Notes: generated by a model from the sequence alone, not told the origin. A DNA stretch of 64,000 nt from Candidatus Altiarchaeota archaeon (GCA_043800705.1 JAZDMS010000024.1:14546-78545), one strand, 5' to 3'; numbered from the stretch's first letter, positions 19,962-30,771 are shown. A program made the numbers and translations.

Positions 19962-20039
19962 TTATCCTTCTCCCAGGGGATTATTGGGTTTTAATAATAC
20001 AGCCGAAGGGTTTATATGCGTCCAATTATTGATCCCTGC

Positions 20040-20729
20040 TCATTCTTTGGGCAGCTGATCCAGTTCGTCGTGGCCGTCCTCAAGAGGGTACTCTTGTTTG
20101 TGTTTCCTCTTTGACGATATTGCGAAAAAGAGCAGTAATAGGACGACTATAACCATGGCGATTATTCCGGGGATATTCAATCCCCCGTTTTGGCAGTCCG
20201 TGGGGCATCCGTCGGCCGTTTCCCCCGAGTCGCAGTTTCCGTTGCCACATGAGGATATGGGCAGGGAAAGTGTTGTGATGGGCTGGGAATTCGTGGTCTG
20301 AGGCTGTAGGATCGGGGGGAGGGTTTCGTTCACTAGGTCGTTCAGGTCTGGGTAAGGACCTAGTTCCGGGTCGTTGAAGGATAGTGTAAGGGATTCCATG
20401 TCGCTTCCATCCGGCAGAATGCATACCGTACAGTCAGACCTGCTTATGACTTTGCATACTTCCCGGTTATTGGTGAGGTATTTTGATTTATATCCTTTTA
20501 GTGAGCAGTAGTTGTACTTGATCCCGCATGTCCCTCTCGCAAAGTCGCCCATAGAGCACATGCTTCCGTCGGGCATGACACACATGCCCACAACGCCCCG
20601 GGGGGTAATGTTTTGGGCGTATTCGTATCCGAGCCTGCTGCAGTATTCGTTTGTCGGATGAATGACCGCAGATGCGGTTGCCGCAAAAAAGAGCAAAGAA
20701 ACCAGCGATAAAACATATTTTGTCCTCAT
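20040..20729 (-). CDS. exported DUF333-like Cys-rich membrane-anchored protein
   Basis: Signal peptide; P.NEYC..LG...C.MPDGS.C motif; CGNGNCD.GE...CP.DC; C-terminal TM. Confidence 0.75.
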   Translation of the reverse strand: MRTKYVLSLVSLLFFAATASAVIHPTNEYCSRLGYEYAQNITPRGVVGMCVMPDGSMCSMGDFARGTCGIKYNYCSLKGYKSKYLTNNREVCKVISRSDCTVCILPDGSDMESLTLSFNDPELGPYPDLNDLVNETLPPILQPQTTNSQPITTLSLPISSCGNGNCDSGETADGCPTDCQNGGLNIPGIIAMVIVVLLLLFFAISSKRKHKQEYPLEDGHDELDQLPKE

Positions 20730-20757
20730 ATTTCATCCTCCTTATCTATTTTGGATA

Positions 20758-21984
20758 TTAGGGGCATTCTGCGACACCGTCCACTTGCAGCCCATAATTC
20801 ACCGCTTGCGTAACAGCAGAGGCCGGTAGGTGATATATGCCAGCATCCCCATAGCCTGCTCCCCAGCTGTTTTGGATGGTGAAGGTGCTTGTCGACGGAT
20901 CGTATCCGACTATTACTACTGCGTGGCCGCATGGGGAATAGCCCGGCGCGCATGGACCTGAGTATCCGTTATAGGTTCCGTCTCCGTCGTCCCAATCGTT
21001 GTAGTTCCAATTTAGGGATATGATTACTGGGCCTGATGAGAGGGCAGTTTGTATGGATGCGGAATTGTCAGCTACAGTATGGGCTCCTGTGACGTAGTAT
21101 TTTGGGTCGCAGCCGGACGTGTCTATTGGGCAAGACGCAGTTGCGGGGTTAGACGAACCGACGCATGAATCTGTCACGAGGGCGCTTGTCGAACAGTCCA
21201 TCTGTTGGGAAAGGACACTTGCGGTATTGGCTCCGGCTTGTAGGTTCCCGTTTATCGAGCATGCCAATGCTGCCTCATTCAAAACGTTCGCTTGGCCGCA
21301 GTCGGAGTTTATGGCTGCGGTCACTGCAGCTTCTATCGCATGAGCGTAACACGTGCCGGTATTGTCCTGGTCCTGTATGCCATCAATACCGCTTGGGCAA
21401 TTAAGCGAAGTGAGGGGTAGGGTAGTTGGGGGTGAAGTAGTAGACGTGGATGTGGTTGAGGGGGACGTAGTCGGAGGCGAAGTAGTGGGCGGAGAGGTCG
21501 TAGGTGGAGACGTAGTCGGAGGAGAAGTCGTTGGGGGGGAGGTAGTCGGAGGAGAAGTAGTGGGCGGAGAGGTGGTCGGCGGAGAAGTAGTCGGCGGAGA
21601 GGTCGTTGGGGGAGAGATAGTCGTTGGTGTAAATGGAAGAGTTGTCGAGGGAGGCGCCGGACCATTCGGGCAGTCTCCGATGAACAGGTTGAAGGGGGTC
21701 ATCCCGGCGACGGCTACGACTATCTTGACGCAGATGATCCCTGTCAGGCCCATCATGAGGTATTTTTTGGCAAGCAGCCTCTGTTTGCGGTCTTCAACCG
21801 CAGTTATGTAGGTTATCCCTCCGACGATAAAAAAGGCGAATGTTATGAGGGGGGCCACCTGGTCCACGAGTTTCATCAGGCAGGCGACTACATGCCTTGA
21901 GTCCGTCACGGGATTTCCAGTCAATGCGGAACATGCTGAGCCCAGCAAAATGACCAACAGAAGGGTAAACACCGGCCGATTCAC
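20758..21984 (-). CDS. membrane-anchored papain-like C1 cysteine peptidase with pilin-like N-terminus and Thr/Ser/Pro stalk
   Basis: QDQ..TGTCYAH, GHAVVIVGY and IQNSWG; (TTSPP)n; signal plus two hydrophobic helices. Confidence 0.85.
   Translation of the reverse strand: MNRPVFTLLLVILLGSACSALTGNPVTDSRHVVACLMKLVDQVAPLITFAFFIVGGITYITAVEDRKQRLLAKKYLMMGLTGIICVKIVVAVAGMTPFNLFIGDCPNGPAPPSTTLPFTPTTISPPTTSPPTTSPPTTSPPTTSPPTTSPPTTSPPTTSPPTTSPPTTSPPTTSPSTTSTSTTSPPTTLPLTSLNCPSGIDGIQDQDNTGTCYAHAIEAAVTAAINSDCGQANVLNEAALACSINGNLQAGANTASVLSQQMDCSTSALVTDSCVGSSNPATASCPIDTSGCDPKYYVTGAHTVADNSASIQTALSSGPVIISLNWNYNDWDDGDGTYNGYSGPCAPGYSPCGHAVVIVGYDPSTSTFTIQNSWGAGYGDAGIYHLPASAVTQAVNYGLQVDGVAECP
21420..21625 (-). repeat. 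15-bp coding tandem repeat (TTSPP)
   Basis: About 10 TTSPP units with synonymous variation. Confidence 0.9.
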
Positions 21985-22168
21985 ATTAAATGATTATTTT
22001 CTGATTTAATAACCGCGTCACTAGGTCTTATCGGGCACCGGGGAAGTGAAGAACCCCGCAGCAGAGCTGCGAAGTATGCTGTCTGAGCGAATCCTTGGAG
22101 CAGGCACACCAGAAGCAACGGTTTTTATATACAGACAAACCTATAGTTTATCTCAATTTTATTTTGGC

Positions 22169-22708
22169 ATGAAATCAGACAAATTGCAGGATAAGGGCGC
22201 CGAGAAGGAGCAGGATCCGGGCATTGGAGGCGACAACATAGAGAATCCGTTGGATGCTGAAAAGTCAAAAACTGAGGAGTATAAGAGGCTCCTACAGAGG
22301 CTGCAGGCGGACTTCGAGAACCATCTCAAGCGCAGCGAGGCACAGCGGGCGGAGCTTGTCAGAAGCGCCAACAAGGACCTTATAATCAGGCTCCTTGAAG
22401 TAGTAGACACGATGGACGCGGCGCTCGCTGTGGAGTGCAAGGACGGAGACGAAAAGAGGATGCTTGACGGATTTAAAAAGGTCGGCGCCAAAATGTCGTC
22501 CGTGCTTTCCGCCGAAGGATTGGAAGACGTGGACACGACGGGAATGTTCGACCACGGCATCCATGAGGCGGTCGATGTCGTGGAGGACGGATGCCGTCCG
22601 GACGGCTCGATCGTAGATGTAGTGCAGAAGGGGTACAAGCTAAACGGCACGCTAATCCGTACGTCAAAGGTCATAGTTGTAAAAAATAGAGGTGATGCGA
22701 ATGGCTAA
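22169..22708 (+). CDS. grpE: nucleotide exchange factor GrpE
   Basis: [21 protein letters not shown]; upstream of dnaK. Confidence 0.95.
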   Translation: MKSDKLQDKGAEKEQDPGIGGDNIENPLDAEKSKTEEYKRLLQRLQADFENHLKRSEAQRAELVRSANKDLIIRLLEVVDTMDAALAVECKDGDEKRMLDGFKKVGAKMSSVLSAEGLEDVDTTGMFDHGIHEAVDVVEDGCRPDGSIVDVVQKGYKLNGTLIRTSKVIVVKNRGDANG

Positions 22709-24563
22709 GGTAATCGGCATTGATTTGGGGACGAGCAACTCGGCGGCTGCGGCGATGATCGCAGGCAGGCCGACAATTATTCCGAGCGCAGAGGGCACGA
22801 GCGTCGGGGGGAAATCATTCCCATCATATGTGGCGTTCACAGCCGACGGGCAGAGGCTCGTCGGGGAGCCTGCAAGAAGGCAGGCGGCCACGAATCCGGA
22901 GCGGACCATTCAGGCCATAAAGAGGAAGATGGGAACCGACCACAAGGTCAAGATAGGCGACAAGGAATACACTCCCCAGGAGATCTCCGCCTTCATACTC
23001 CAGAAGATAAAGCAGGACGCGGAGGCGTTCCTGGGGGATAAGGTAACTGACGCAGTCATCACGGTGCCGGCGTATTTCAACGACAACCAGAGGCAGGCGA
23101 CGAAGGACGCGGGCAAGATCGCAGGCCTCGAAGTGAAGCGAATCATAAACGAGCCAACCGCCGCGGCTTTGGCCTACGGCCTGGACAAGCACGGCAAGGA
23201 GATGAAGATCGCCGTCCTGGACCTCGGAGGCGGGACGTTCGACGTGACCATCATGGATATGGGGGACCAGGTGTTCGAGGTCGTCTCCACCTCCGGTGAC
23301 ACGCAGCTTGGCGGCACGGACATGGACGCCAGGATAATCGACTGGATCGTGAAGGAGTTCAAGAAGGCGGAAGGCCTCGACCTGAGCAAGGACAAGAAGG
23401 CGATGCAGCGTGTCAGGGAGGCTGCGGAGAAGGCAAAGATCGAGCTTTCGTCCACGACTACGACAGCGATCAACCTTCCGTTCATCACAATGGACAATGA
23501 TGGCCCGAAGCACCTCGAGCTTAACATGACTAGGTCGAAGCTGGAGGAGCTCATAGACGACATCCTTCAGAGGCTTATCCCGCCGATGCAGAAGGCCATC
23601 GACGACGCCAAGATCGACCGCTCTGGAGTGCAGAAGATCATCCTCGTCGGGGGGCCGACGAGGATGCCCTGCGTCTATGAGGCGTTCAAGAGGTTCTTCA
23701 ACAAGGAGCCCGAGAGGGGAGTCGACCCGATGGAGTGCGTCGCGATGGGCGCCGCCATACAGGCGGGCGTATTGGCGGGGGAGGTGAAGGACATACTCCT
23801 CCTGGACGTCACTCCCCTGTCGCTCGGCATCGAGACCCTCGGAGGCGTCTTTACGAAGCTGATCGAAAGGAACACAACCATACCGACTAAGAAGGGGCAG
23901 GTGTTCTCTACCGCCGCAGACAACCAGTCGACGGTCGAGGTCCATGTCCTGCAGGGCGAAAGGCAGATGGCGGAGGGCAACACTACCCTGGGCAGGTTCA
24001 GCCTGGTGGGGATACCGCCTGCGCCGAGGGGCATCCCGCAGATAGAGGTTACGTTCGACATAGACGCTAACGGCATCATGCACGTCTCTGCGAAGGACCT
24101 TGGCACCGGCAACCTGCAGAAAATAACCATTTCGGCGTCCAACAAGCTTGCTGACAAAGAAGTCGAGAAGATGGTGAAGGACGCCGAGAAGTTCGCTGAG
24201 GACGACAAGAGGAGGAAGGAGACCGCTGACATGAGGAATGCAGGCGACTCCCTTGCCTACTCGGTCGAGAAGGCGATCAAGGAGCTCGGAGACAAGCTCG
24301 AAGATGACAAGAAGAATGTGGCCGAGAAGAAGCTGAAGGAGCTGAAGGAGGCGCTCAAAGGCCAGGACAACGAGAAGATCAGGAAGGCGACTGAGGAATT
24401 GTCCAAAAGCAGCCAGGAGCTGTTCACGAAGATGTACCAGGAGGCTGCGCAGAAGTACCAGCAGGAGCATCCGAGCGAAGGCGCCCCCAAGGGGGAAAAT
24501 AAGGGCGAATCCAAAGGCAGCGACGACAACGTAGTGGACGCGGACTTTAAGGTCGACAAGTAG
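22701..24563 (+). CDS. dnaK: chaperone DnaK (Hsp70)
   Basis: [39 protein letters not shown]. Confidence 0.99.
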   Translation: MAKVIGIDLGTSNSAAAAMIAGRPTIIPSAEGTSVGGKSFPSYVAFTADGQRLVGEPARRQAATNPERTIQAIKRKMGTDHKVKIGDKEYTPQEISAFILQKIKQDAEAFLGDKVTDAVITVPAYFNDNQRQATKDAGKIAGLEVKRIINEPTAAALAYGLDKHGKEMKIAVLDLGGGTFDVTIMDMGDQVFEVVSTSGDTQLGGTDMDARIIDWIVKEFKKAEGLDLSKDKKAMQRVREAAEKAKIELSSTTTTAINLPFITMDNDGPKHLELNMTRSKLEELIDDILQRLIPPMQKAIDDAKIDRSGVQKIILVGGPTRMPCVYEAFKRFFNKEPERGVDPMECVAMGAAIQAGVLAGEVKDILLLDVTPLSLGIETLGGVFTKLIERNTTIPTKKGQVFSTAADNQSTVEVHVLQGERQMAEGNTTLGRFSLVGIPPAPRGIPQIEVTFDIDANGIMHVSAKDLGTGNLQKITISASNKLADKEVEKMVKDAEKFAEDDKRRKETADMRNAGDSLAYSVEKAIKELGDKLEDDKKNVAEKKLKELKEALKGQDNEKIRKATEELSKSSQELFTKMYQEAAQKYQQEHPSEGAPKGENKGESKGSDDNVVDADFKVDK

Positions 24564-24566
24564 GAT

Positions 24567-25721
24567 ATGCCAAAACCCATCCGGACCCCCTACCACAGCT
24601 GGCGCATCGGCAGGCTCCCAGACGGCTGCAGAAGCTGCGTGAAGGGCGCCAAATTGGTGCTTTTTGCGACCGGAGTCTGCGGCATGAGGTGCTGGTACTG
24701 CCCCATCTCAGAACGGAAAAATGGCAGGGACGTCGTCGTCGCCAACGAGTGGTGGGTGAAGAAGGACTCTGAGATACTGCAGGAGGCAAGGCTCATCGGG
24801 GCCGAAGGCGCCGGCATAACCGGCGGAGATCCGCTATGCAGACTCGATCGGACCATCCGGTACATAAGGCTCCTAAAGAAGGCGTTCGGTAAAAAGTTCC
24901 ACATCCACCTGTATGCGCCGACGACGCACACCACCGCCAATGCTCTGGCCAGACTACATAAGGCAGGCCTAGACGAGATCAGGTTTCACCCCTGGTTCCT
25001 GGAGGGGAAGCCCCGCCTTGAGCCCATCGCCGAGGCCCTCAGGTACGACTGGGACGTGGGGTGCGAGATACCGGTGATCCCGGGACGCTACAGGGAGACC
25101 GTAGAAGTCATAAAGTCCGTCGACAACGTAGGCGTAAAGTTCCTTAACCTCAACCAGTTCGAGGTATCGGAGACGAACGCGAAGGCCATGCAGGAACGGG
25201 GATACGAGGCAGAAAGTGACGAGTCCTTCGCAGTGAAGGGCAGCGGCCGGATGGCTATAAAGCTGCTGGAATACTGCGCCAAGAACACGAAAATCAGGGT
25301 CCACTACTGCACGGTCACGCTGAAGGACAGGGTCCAGCTGAGGAACAGGCTGAAGCGCAGGGCAAAGAACGTCGCCGAAGAATACGACATAGTCACCGAC
25401 GAAGGCCTCCTCATCAGGGGAGCCGTTTACCTGAAGGAGACCGTTCCCTCGTTCGGATACCATGACGCCATCAATGGACTGAAAGGGCAAAAGAGGCTGA
25501 AGCTCAGAAGGAAGCTTGACCTGGCCAGGCGGAGACTGAAAAAAGACTACGGCGTAGGGTCCCCCCTCATGGAGGTGGATGACAAGAGGCTGCGCATCCT
25601 CACAGGCGCGTGGATTGTTGAGGAGCTTGCGCAGGAGATAAAGGACATGGGACTGAAGCCTGCCGTCGTCGAAGAGTATCCCACATGGGATGCGCTCATC
25701 ACGGACTTTAAGGCACTGTGA
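24567..25721 (+). CDS. archaeal uncharacterised radical SAM protein (COG2108-like)
   Basis: GCRSC..GAKLVLF.TG, CGMRCWYCP, GITGGDP, LDEIRFHP, EEYPT.D. Confidence 0.9.
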   Translation: MPKPIRTPYHSWRIGRLPDGCRSCVKGAKLVLFATGVCGMRCWYCPISERKNGRDVVVANEWWVKKDSEILQEARLIGAEGAGITGGDPLCRLDRTIRYIRLLKKAFGKKFHIHLYAPTTHTTANALARLHKAGLDEIRFHPWFLEGKPRLEPIAEALRYDWDVGCEIPVIPGRYRETVEVIKSVDNVGVKFLNLNQFEVSETNAKAMQERGYEAESDESFAVKGSGRMAIKLLEYCAKNTKIRVHYCTVTLKDRVQLRNRLKRRAKNVAEEYDIVTDEGLLIRGAVYLKETVPSFGYHDAINGLKGQKRLKLRRKLDLARRRLKKDYGVGSPLMEVDDKRLRILTGAWIVEELAQEIKDMGLKPAVVEEYPTWDALITDFKAL

Positions 25722-25737
25722 CGTATACTATGAGAAG

Positions 25738-26880
25738 ATGGCCGACAAACGCGACTATTATGTTGTTTTGGGCCTGGAGAAGGGCGCCGGCGACGACGAC
25801 ATAAAGAGGGCTTACAGGAGGCTGGCGAAACAGTTCCACCCCGACGTCAACAAGGCGCCGGAGGCGGAGGAAAAATTCAAGGAACTGTCCGAGGCCTACG
25901 AAGTCCTAATCGACAAGGACAAGAGGGCCAACTACGACAGGTTAGGCCACCAGGGCGTCAACTTCGGGGAGCAGGGATTCAACTGGCAGAACTTCAGCCA
26001 CTTCAACGACATAGAGGACCTGTTCACAAACAGCGACTTCTTCGGCAGGAACATGTTCGACATGTTCTTCGGCCAGGGCGGAGGATATGGACGTCAGCCA
26101 GCCGGATCGGTCAGGGGAACAGACATCAGATACGACATCGACCTGACGCTAGAGGAAGAGGCCGCGGGAGCGGACAAGAAGGTAAGGGTCACGAGGTATG
26201 AAAGATGCCCGGACTGTAGGGGGACGGGCTCGAATAGCGGCGCCCAGAAGACCTGCCCCGAATGCAGGGGAAGAGGCCAGGTGACGAGGCAGCAGAGGAC
26301 GCCTTTCGGCATGTTCATGGCGACGACCGCCTGCGGCAAATGCGGCGGACGAGGAAAGGTCGTCGAAGACCCGTGTGCCGGCTGCAGGGGTGACGGGATA
26401 GTCGAAAAGTCCAGGGAAATCGACGTCTCCATACCTAGGGGGATAAGCGACGGAAACCACCTGAGGCTTAGGGGCGAAGGGAACGCAGGCCCGTACGGGG
26501 GGCAGAACGGCGACCTGTATGTTGTCATCCACGAGACCGAACACCCGATCTTCACGAGGCACGGAGACGACGTCCTATGCGAGATACCGCTGACCGTCAC
26601 GCAGGCAGCCCTGGGGACGGAACTGGATGTTCCGACCATCGGCGGCAAAGCGAAGCTCAAAGTGCCGGCAGGCACACAAAGCCATACCGTTTTCAGGCTC
26701 CGGGGGCAAGGCCTGCCGAGGCTCAGAGGCTCGGGGAGGGGGGACGAGCATGTGAGGGTCGTCGTGGAGATCCCGAAGAAGCTCTCCAGGCAGCAGAGGG
26801 AGGCATATGAGTCGCTCGCCAAGGTGGAGGACAAACCCGGCGGGAACATCTGGGACAGGATAAAGGACGCCATCGGATGA
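25738..26880 (+). CDS. dnaJ: chaperone DnaJ
   Basis: J domain with HPD; four CxxCxGxG repeats. Confidence 0.98.
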   Translation: MADKRDYYVVLGLEKGAGDDDIKRAYRRLAKQFHPDVNKAPEAEEKFKELSEAYEVLIDKDKRANYDRLGHQGVNFGEQGFNWQNFSHFNDIEDLFTNSDFFGRNMFDMFFGQGGGYGRQPAGSVRGTDIRYDIDLTLEEEAAGADKKVRVTRYERCPDCRGTGSNSGAQKTCPECRGRGQVTRQQRTPFGMFMATTACGKCGGRGKVVEDPCAGCRGDGIVEKSREIDVSIPRGISDGNHLRLRGEGNAGPYGGQNGDLYVVIHETEHPIFTRHGDDVLCEIPLTVTQAALGTELDVPTIGGKAKLKVPAGTQSHTVFRLRGQGLPRLRGSGRGDEHVRVVVEIPKKLSRQQREAYESLAKVEDKPGGNIWDRIKDAIG

Positions 26881-26945
26881 TGCCCGAACGGATTTAATAA
26901 CATCCAGGTACTCTCAGTTACCTCACCGAGGGTGAGGGAGAAAAG

Positions 26946-29201
26946 ATGAAACTGAGCAGTATGAATGCATTTTTGATATCCGGAATAATATTATATGCTT
27001 GCCTGACACCGGCTTCAGCCCTGTCGAGCAACTCCAATCTCGGCTTGAGCAACCTCCAACTTGTCACGACGACCACGACCCTAAAGAGCTCCCTGGCAAG
27101 CGACATCGCCAGACAGAATATCAAGCCCCTGCTGGACTGCCCCGACGTCGAATGGAAGAAAGAAGACTGCCACGTCCAGGGCATGAACTACACCACATCC
27201 ACCGACAAGGACGGATGCCCGGTGATCTACTGCGTATACAATGCGGCGACGACGCTGCGCATAATCAAGCCGATTCCTCTCCTAGTCACGACGACGACAG
27301 TGCCCCCCCAATGCCCCGACGCCGATGCGGCAATCAAGGCATGCGCCGCGAAAGGCCTGGGATACTCCAAATACTACACGGGGGCATGCACGATGATACA
27401 GTGCGCGCAGACAACGTCGACCACGGTGTCGGGCGGAAACTGCCCCGACGTCCAGAGCCAGATGGAGGAATGCAAAGCCAAAGGGGGGCAGATCAGCCGA
27501 AGATACGACGAGAACAAGTGCGTCGTCATTGACTGCACGACCCAGACGGGTACGGACTGCCCAGCCGCCGCTGACATCGAGAGGACAATCTCAGGATGCA
27601 AGGAGAAGGGCCTCGACTACGTCACCTACGAGAAGGGCGGGTGCAGGTACGCCGAATGCGTGCAGCCCACAAACTGCCCAAGCGAAGGCGACCTCGAGTA
27701 TGCGATCAGAAAATGCAAGGCCGCAGGCAAGGATTACCAGACCTACGCGGACCAGAACGGCTGCAGGCAGGTGAAGTGCGTCTCTCAGACGCCATGCCCT
27801 ACAGACGAAGATAACAAGAGGAGGATCGAGGAATGCAGAAAGGAGGGGAAGGGCTACGCGATGGTACCCACGGGCGCCGCCTCAACCTATGCGGTCGCCT
27901 ACATTCCGTGTTATAGGGTTGAGTGCGTCGACGGCAATCCGGTGTGCCCATCCATAAAGGACGACATCGAAGCCTGCAGGAAACAGGGCGCAGAGTTCGA
28001 ATACTACGTCGACGAGAACAAATGCGAGAGGGCGAGGTGCCTGCCCAAACCCGACGGATGCCCACCCAACTGCCCCACCGACGACGAACTGAAGGAGATG
28101 ATCCTCAAATGCGAAGCCAACGGGATGGGTTACGAATTCTACACGGGAACGCCTACGACCGCCGCACTGTTGGCCCAGACGTCGCAGAGCTGTCGCAGGG
28201 TCAGGTGCGTCCAGAAGGCATGCCCGTCCGATGCGGAACTCGAGAGGATCGCAAAGGACTGCGCGGCCAAGAAGCTCCAAGCCCAGACTTACGAGGGCGA
28301 AGACGGCTGCAAATACATGCGTTGCACCCAGGCTAGAGACTGCCCGCCCTACGAGGTCACGGACGAGATCGTGAAGGCATGCAGGGAGAAGAAGCTCGAT
28401 GTCGAATCCTACGTCGACGAGAAAGGGTGCAAGAACGTCCGATGCAGGGAGCCCGACAGTGTACCGGCGGTCGAATGCAGGAAGACGCTCAAAGGAGACT
28501 GCGTGATAGTCTCATGCAGCGACGGATACACTTTCGACAGCTGCAACCCTCAGGGCGTATGCCCCCAGGTGGAGTGCAAGAGGTTCAAGGACGAGAAGGG
28601 CTGCATGATCAAGCGATGCACCGACGGATCGGGAAGTCGCGAATGCCCCGACCAGGGCACGCCGGTAGAGTGCGAGATCGTGAAGAGGGACGACGGATGC
28701 CTCGTGAAGAAATGCTCCGACGGCAAGGAATACGTCAGCTGCCCGACGAGCACCGACTGCAGGGACTACGTCGACGATAAAGGCTGCAAGGTCCGCGAAT
28801 GCGCGGACGGCACGAAGGAGCGCGTATGCCCCGACGGCAGCCAGGAGCTCGAATGCAAGGTATACACCGACGCTGCAGGATGCCAGATAAAGGAGTGCAC
28901 CAACGGCTACATGGACTCAACATGCGACAAGGCGCCCTCATGCAAGGAAAGCAAAGAAGGCGACTGTACGGTCAAGACATGCGATGACGGATCCGTGACA
29001 AAGGACTGCCCAAAGGGCGAAGACGTCGAATGCAGGACATATATGTCAGACGACGGCTGCAAGGTGACGGTATGCACCGACGGCAAAGAGGACAAAGTCT
29101 GCTCCGACATGGGAACGACCACGACGAGCCTGCGGTCCGGGCAGGAGCCGACCCAGGCAGGCGGCTGGCTCAGCGGATTCGTCAGGAGCCTTGGATTATG
29201 A
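26946..29201 (+). CDS. secreted Cys-rich repeat protein
   Basis: Signal peptide; repeated CP...C...G..Y..Y.D..GC..V.C and VEC.....D.GC.VK.C.DG....CP units. Confidence 0.85.
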   Translation: MKLSSMNAFLISGIILYACLTPASALSSNSNLGLSNLQLVTTTTTLKSSLASDIARQNIKPLLDCPDVEWKKEDCHVQGMNYTTSTDKDGCPVIYCVYNAATTLRIIKPIPLLVTTTTVPPQCPDADAAIKACAAKGLGYSKYYTGACTMIQCAQTTSTTVSGGNCPDVQSQMEECKAKGGQISRRYDENKCVVIDCTTQTGTDCPAAADIERTISGCKEKGLDYVTYEKGGCRYAECVQPTNCPSEGDLEYAIRKCKAAGKDYQTYADQNGCRQVKCVSQTPCPTDEDNKRRIEECRKEGKGYAMVPTGAASTYAVAYIPCYRVECVDGNPVCPSIKDDIEACRKQGAEFEYYVDENKCERARCLPKPDGCPPNCPTDDELKEMILKCEANGMGYEFYTGTPTTAALLAQTSQSCRRVRCVQKACPSDAELERIAKDCAAKKLQAQTYEGEDGCKYMRCTQARDCPPYEVTDEIVKACREKKLDVESYVDEKGCKNVRCREPDSVPAVECRKTLKGDCVIVSCSDGYTFDSCNPQGVCPQVECKRFKDEKGCMIKRCTDGSGSRECPDQGTPVECEIVKRDDGCLVKKCSDGKEYVSCPTSTDCRDYVDDKGCKVRECADGTKERVCPDGSQELECKVYTDAAGCQIKECTNGYMDSTCDKAPSCKESKEGDCTVKTCDDGSVTKDCPKGEDVECRTYMSDDGCKVTVCTDGKEDKVCSDMGTTTTSLRSGQEPTQAGGWLSGFVRSLGL

Positions 29202-29262
29202 GGCACTGGGGGGAAACACCCCCCATAAACCTTTTTTAAACCAAGTTCTTAATTATAACCAT

Positions 29263-30771
29263 ATGAGGAGCCTAGCATATTCTGTTTTTCTTATGCTTAC
29301 ATTGGCATCCTTTGCACATGCCGACAGCTCGGTCCTTTTCAACGTAACGGGCGTCGTCATATACCCGCAGAACGGAGGCCTCATATTAGCAGATGCCACA
29401 GTCCCGGGAGGCGGCTATTATAGCACGGTGCTTCCCCCGAACATCCTAAGAGATTCCATTAGGATAGATGACTCCGGCGGAGTCAGGATGATAAGAGCCA
29501 GGGACGAGCCAGAAAGCCGATACCAAGGGGTAGGGGGTGGCAATAAAATACCGGTCTACGAAATCCTATCGAAACAGAGGGGTAAAATCGTCAGCTTCGA
29601 GACAGCACGGGGGGAATACGAGGGAATGCTGACCTGGTTCGATGAGTCTTCAGGATTCATGGTCTTGGAGAACGCCACATACACGCTCTCCCGCGCCGAC
29701 ACAAAGGAACCGCGGAAGGCTGCGTACCTAAGCCTTCAGGCGGGAGAAGTCCTCAGCCTCCTGCTGAATAGCAGGCCAGCCATGCCCGAGCCTGCAACGA
29801 CAACCACTTTGGAGATGTACAATCGACAGGATTTTTCAAGGACGAGGGTTTCATGGGAGAGCGGGGCTTCGACACCTCACCCCGCAAAGCTTTCGTACAT
29901 GAGTTCAGGCCTATCCTGGAAGCCGCAGTTCTACCTGGACATCACAGGCACAGGGGGGAACATGACTAGGTTCAGTTTCTGGGCGCAGGCGACAAACGGC
30001 ATGGGTGTAAACCTCTCGGGAATCCGGCTAAGGCTGGTCGCAGGCAACATCAATATCATACAGAGCGGGTATCTGAGAGACGAGGAATGGATGAGCATGA
30101 CACAGAACGCCGTAGGCAACGTCTATGAGATGAGGGCCGGCTCACCCGGCATCCCAAGCACTGTCAAAGTCGAGGAATACGAGGTCTACGACTTCCCCGG
30201 CTACGCCGACTTGGGAGCCGGCGAAACGCAATACCTTCCAGTCTTCAACGACTACGTCACCTACGAGAAAGAATACGTATGGGACGCACGGACAAGCATC
30301 AATTGGTACGGCTACTCGAGCTACGACTCCGATGACAAAACAGGGAAGGTCCAAAAGATCTACAGGGTAAAAAACGATGGCAGGACATGGCCATACGGCG
30401 TCGTTTCAGTCTTCGAGAACGGAATGCTGACAGGCCAGGATACTATCAGCTGGACTCCGAAGGGCAGCGAAGCAAAGGTGACCGTCGGATATGCGCCAGA
30501 CATAGAAGTCAAACGTAGGGAGACAGTGAAGGCGTTTTATAGTTATGGTCACGGATCCGACCAGGATTACAGGCATACCGCCACGCTGAAATTGAAGAAC
30601 TACAAAACCGAGCCGGCGAAGGTCCTTGTTATGGACCAATTCCCGCAAAACGCCCAGAATTTCACCTCAAGCGAACGATACGATGAGAAACCTGGGAACC
30701 TGATGTATTGGACGGTCGAACTCAGCCCCGGCCAACAAAAGGAGATAACTTACAACTACATAACCGAGTGA
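29263..30771 (+). CDS. DUF4139 domain exported protein
   Basis: Signal peptide; LSY..SGLSW.P.Y, LRLVAGN and W.V.L.PG..K.I.Y.Y ending. Confidence 0.8.
   Translation: MRSLAYSVFLMLTLASFAHADSSVLFNVTGVVIYPQNGGLILADATVPGGGYYSTVLPPNILRDSIRIDDSGGVRMIRARDEPESRYQGVGGGNKIPVYEILSKQRGKIVSFETARGEYEGMLTWFDESSGFMVLENATYTLSRADTKEPRKAAYLSLQAGEVLSLLLNSRPAMPEPATTTTLEMYNRQDFSRTRVSWESGASTPHPAKLSYMSSGLSWKPQFYLDITGTGGNMTRFSFWAQATNGMGVNLSGIRLRLVAGNINIIQSGYLRDEEWMSMTQNAVGNVYEMRAGSPGIPSTVKVEEYEVYDFPGYADLGAGETQYLPVFNDYVTYEKEYVWDARTSINWYGYSSYDSDDKTGKVQKIYRVKNDGRTWPYGVVSVFENGMLTGQDTISWTPKGSEAKVTVGYAPDIEVKRRETVKAFYSYGHGSDQDYRHTATLKLKNYKTEPAKVLVMDQFPQNAQNFTSSERYDEKPGNLMYWTVELSPGQQKEITYNYITE

Noticed and set aside
22053-22077. 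ACCCCGCAGCAGAGCTGCGAAGTAT palindrome as an IS200/IS605 end
   Set aside because: Single short imperfect copy with no transposase nearby; at most a REP-like remnant
22824-24596. 590-aa antisense ORF (and similar long antisense ORFs over polC, fba, pfkA, serA)
   Set aside because: Shadow frames of GC-rich, well-identified genes on the opposite strand
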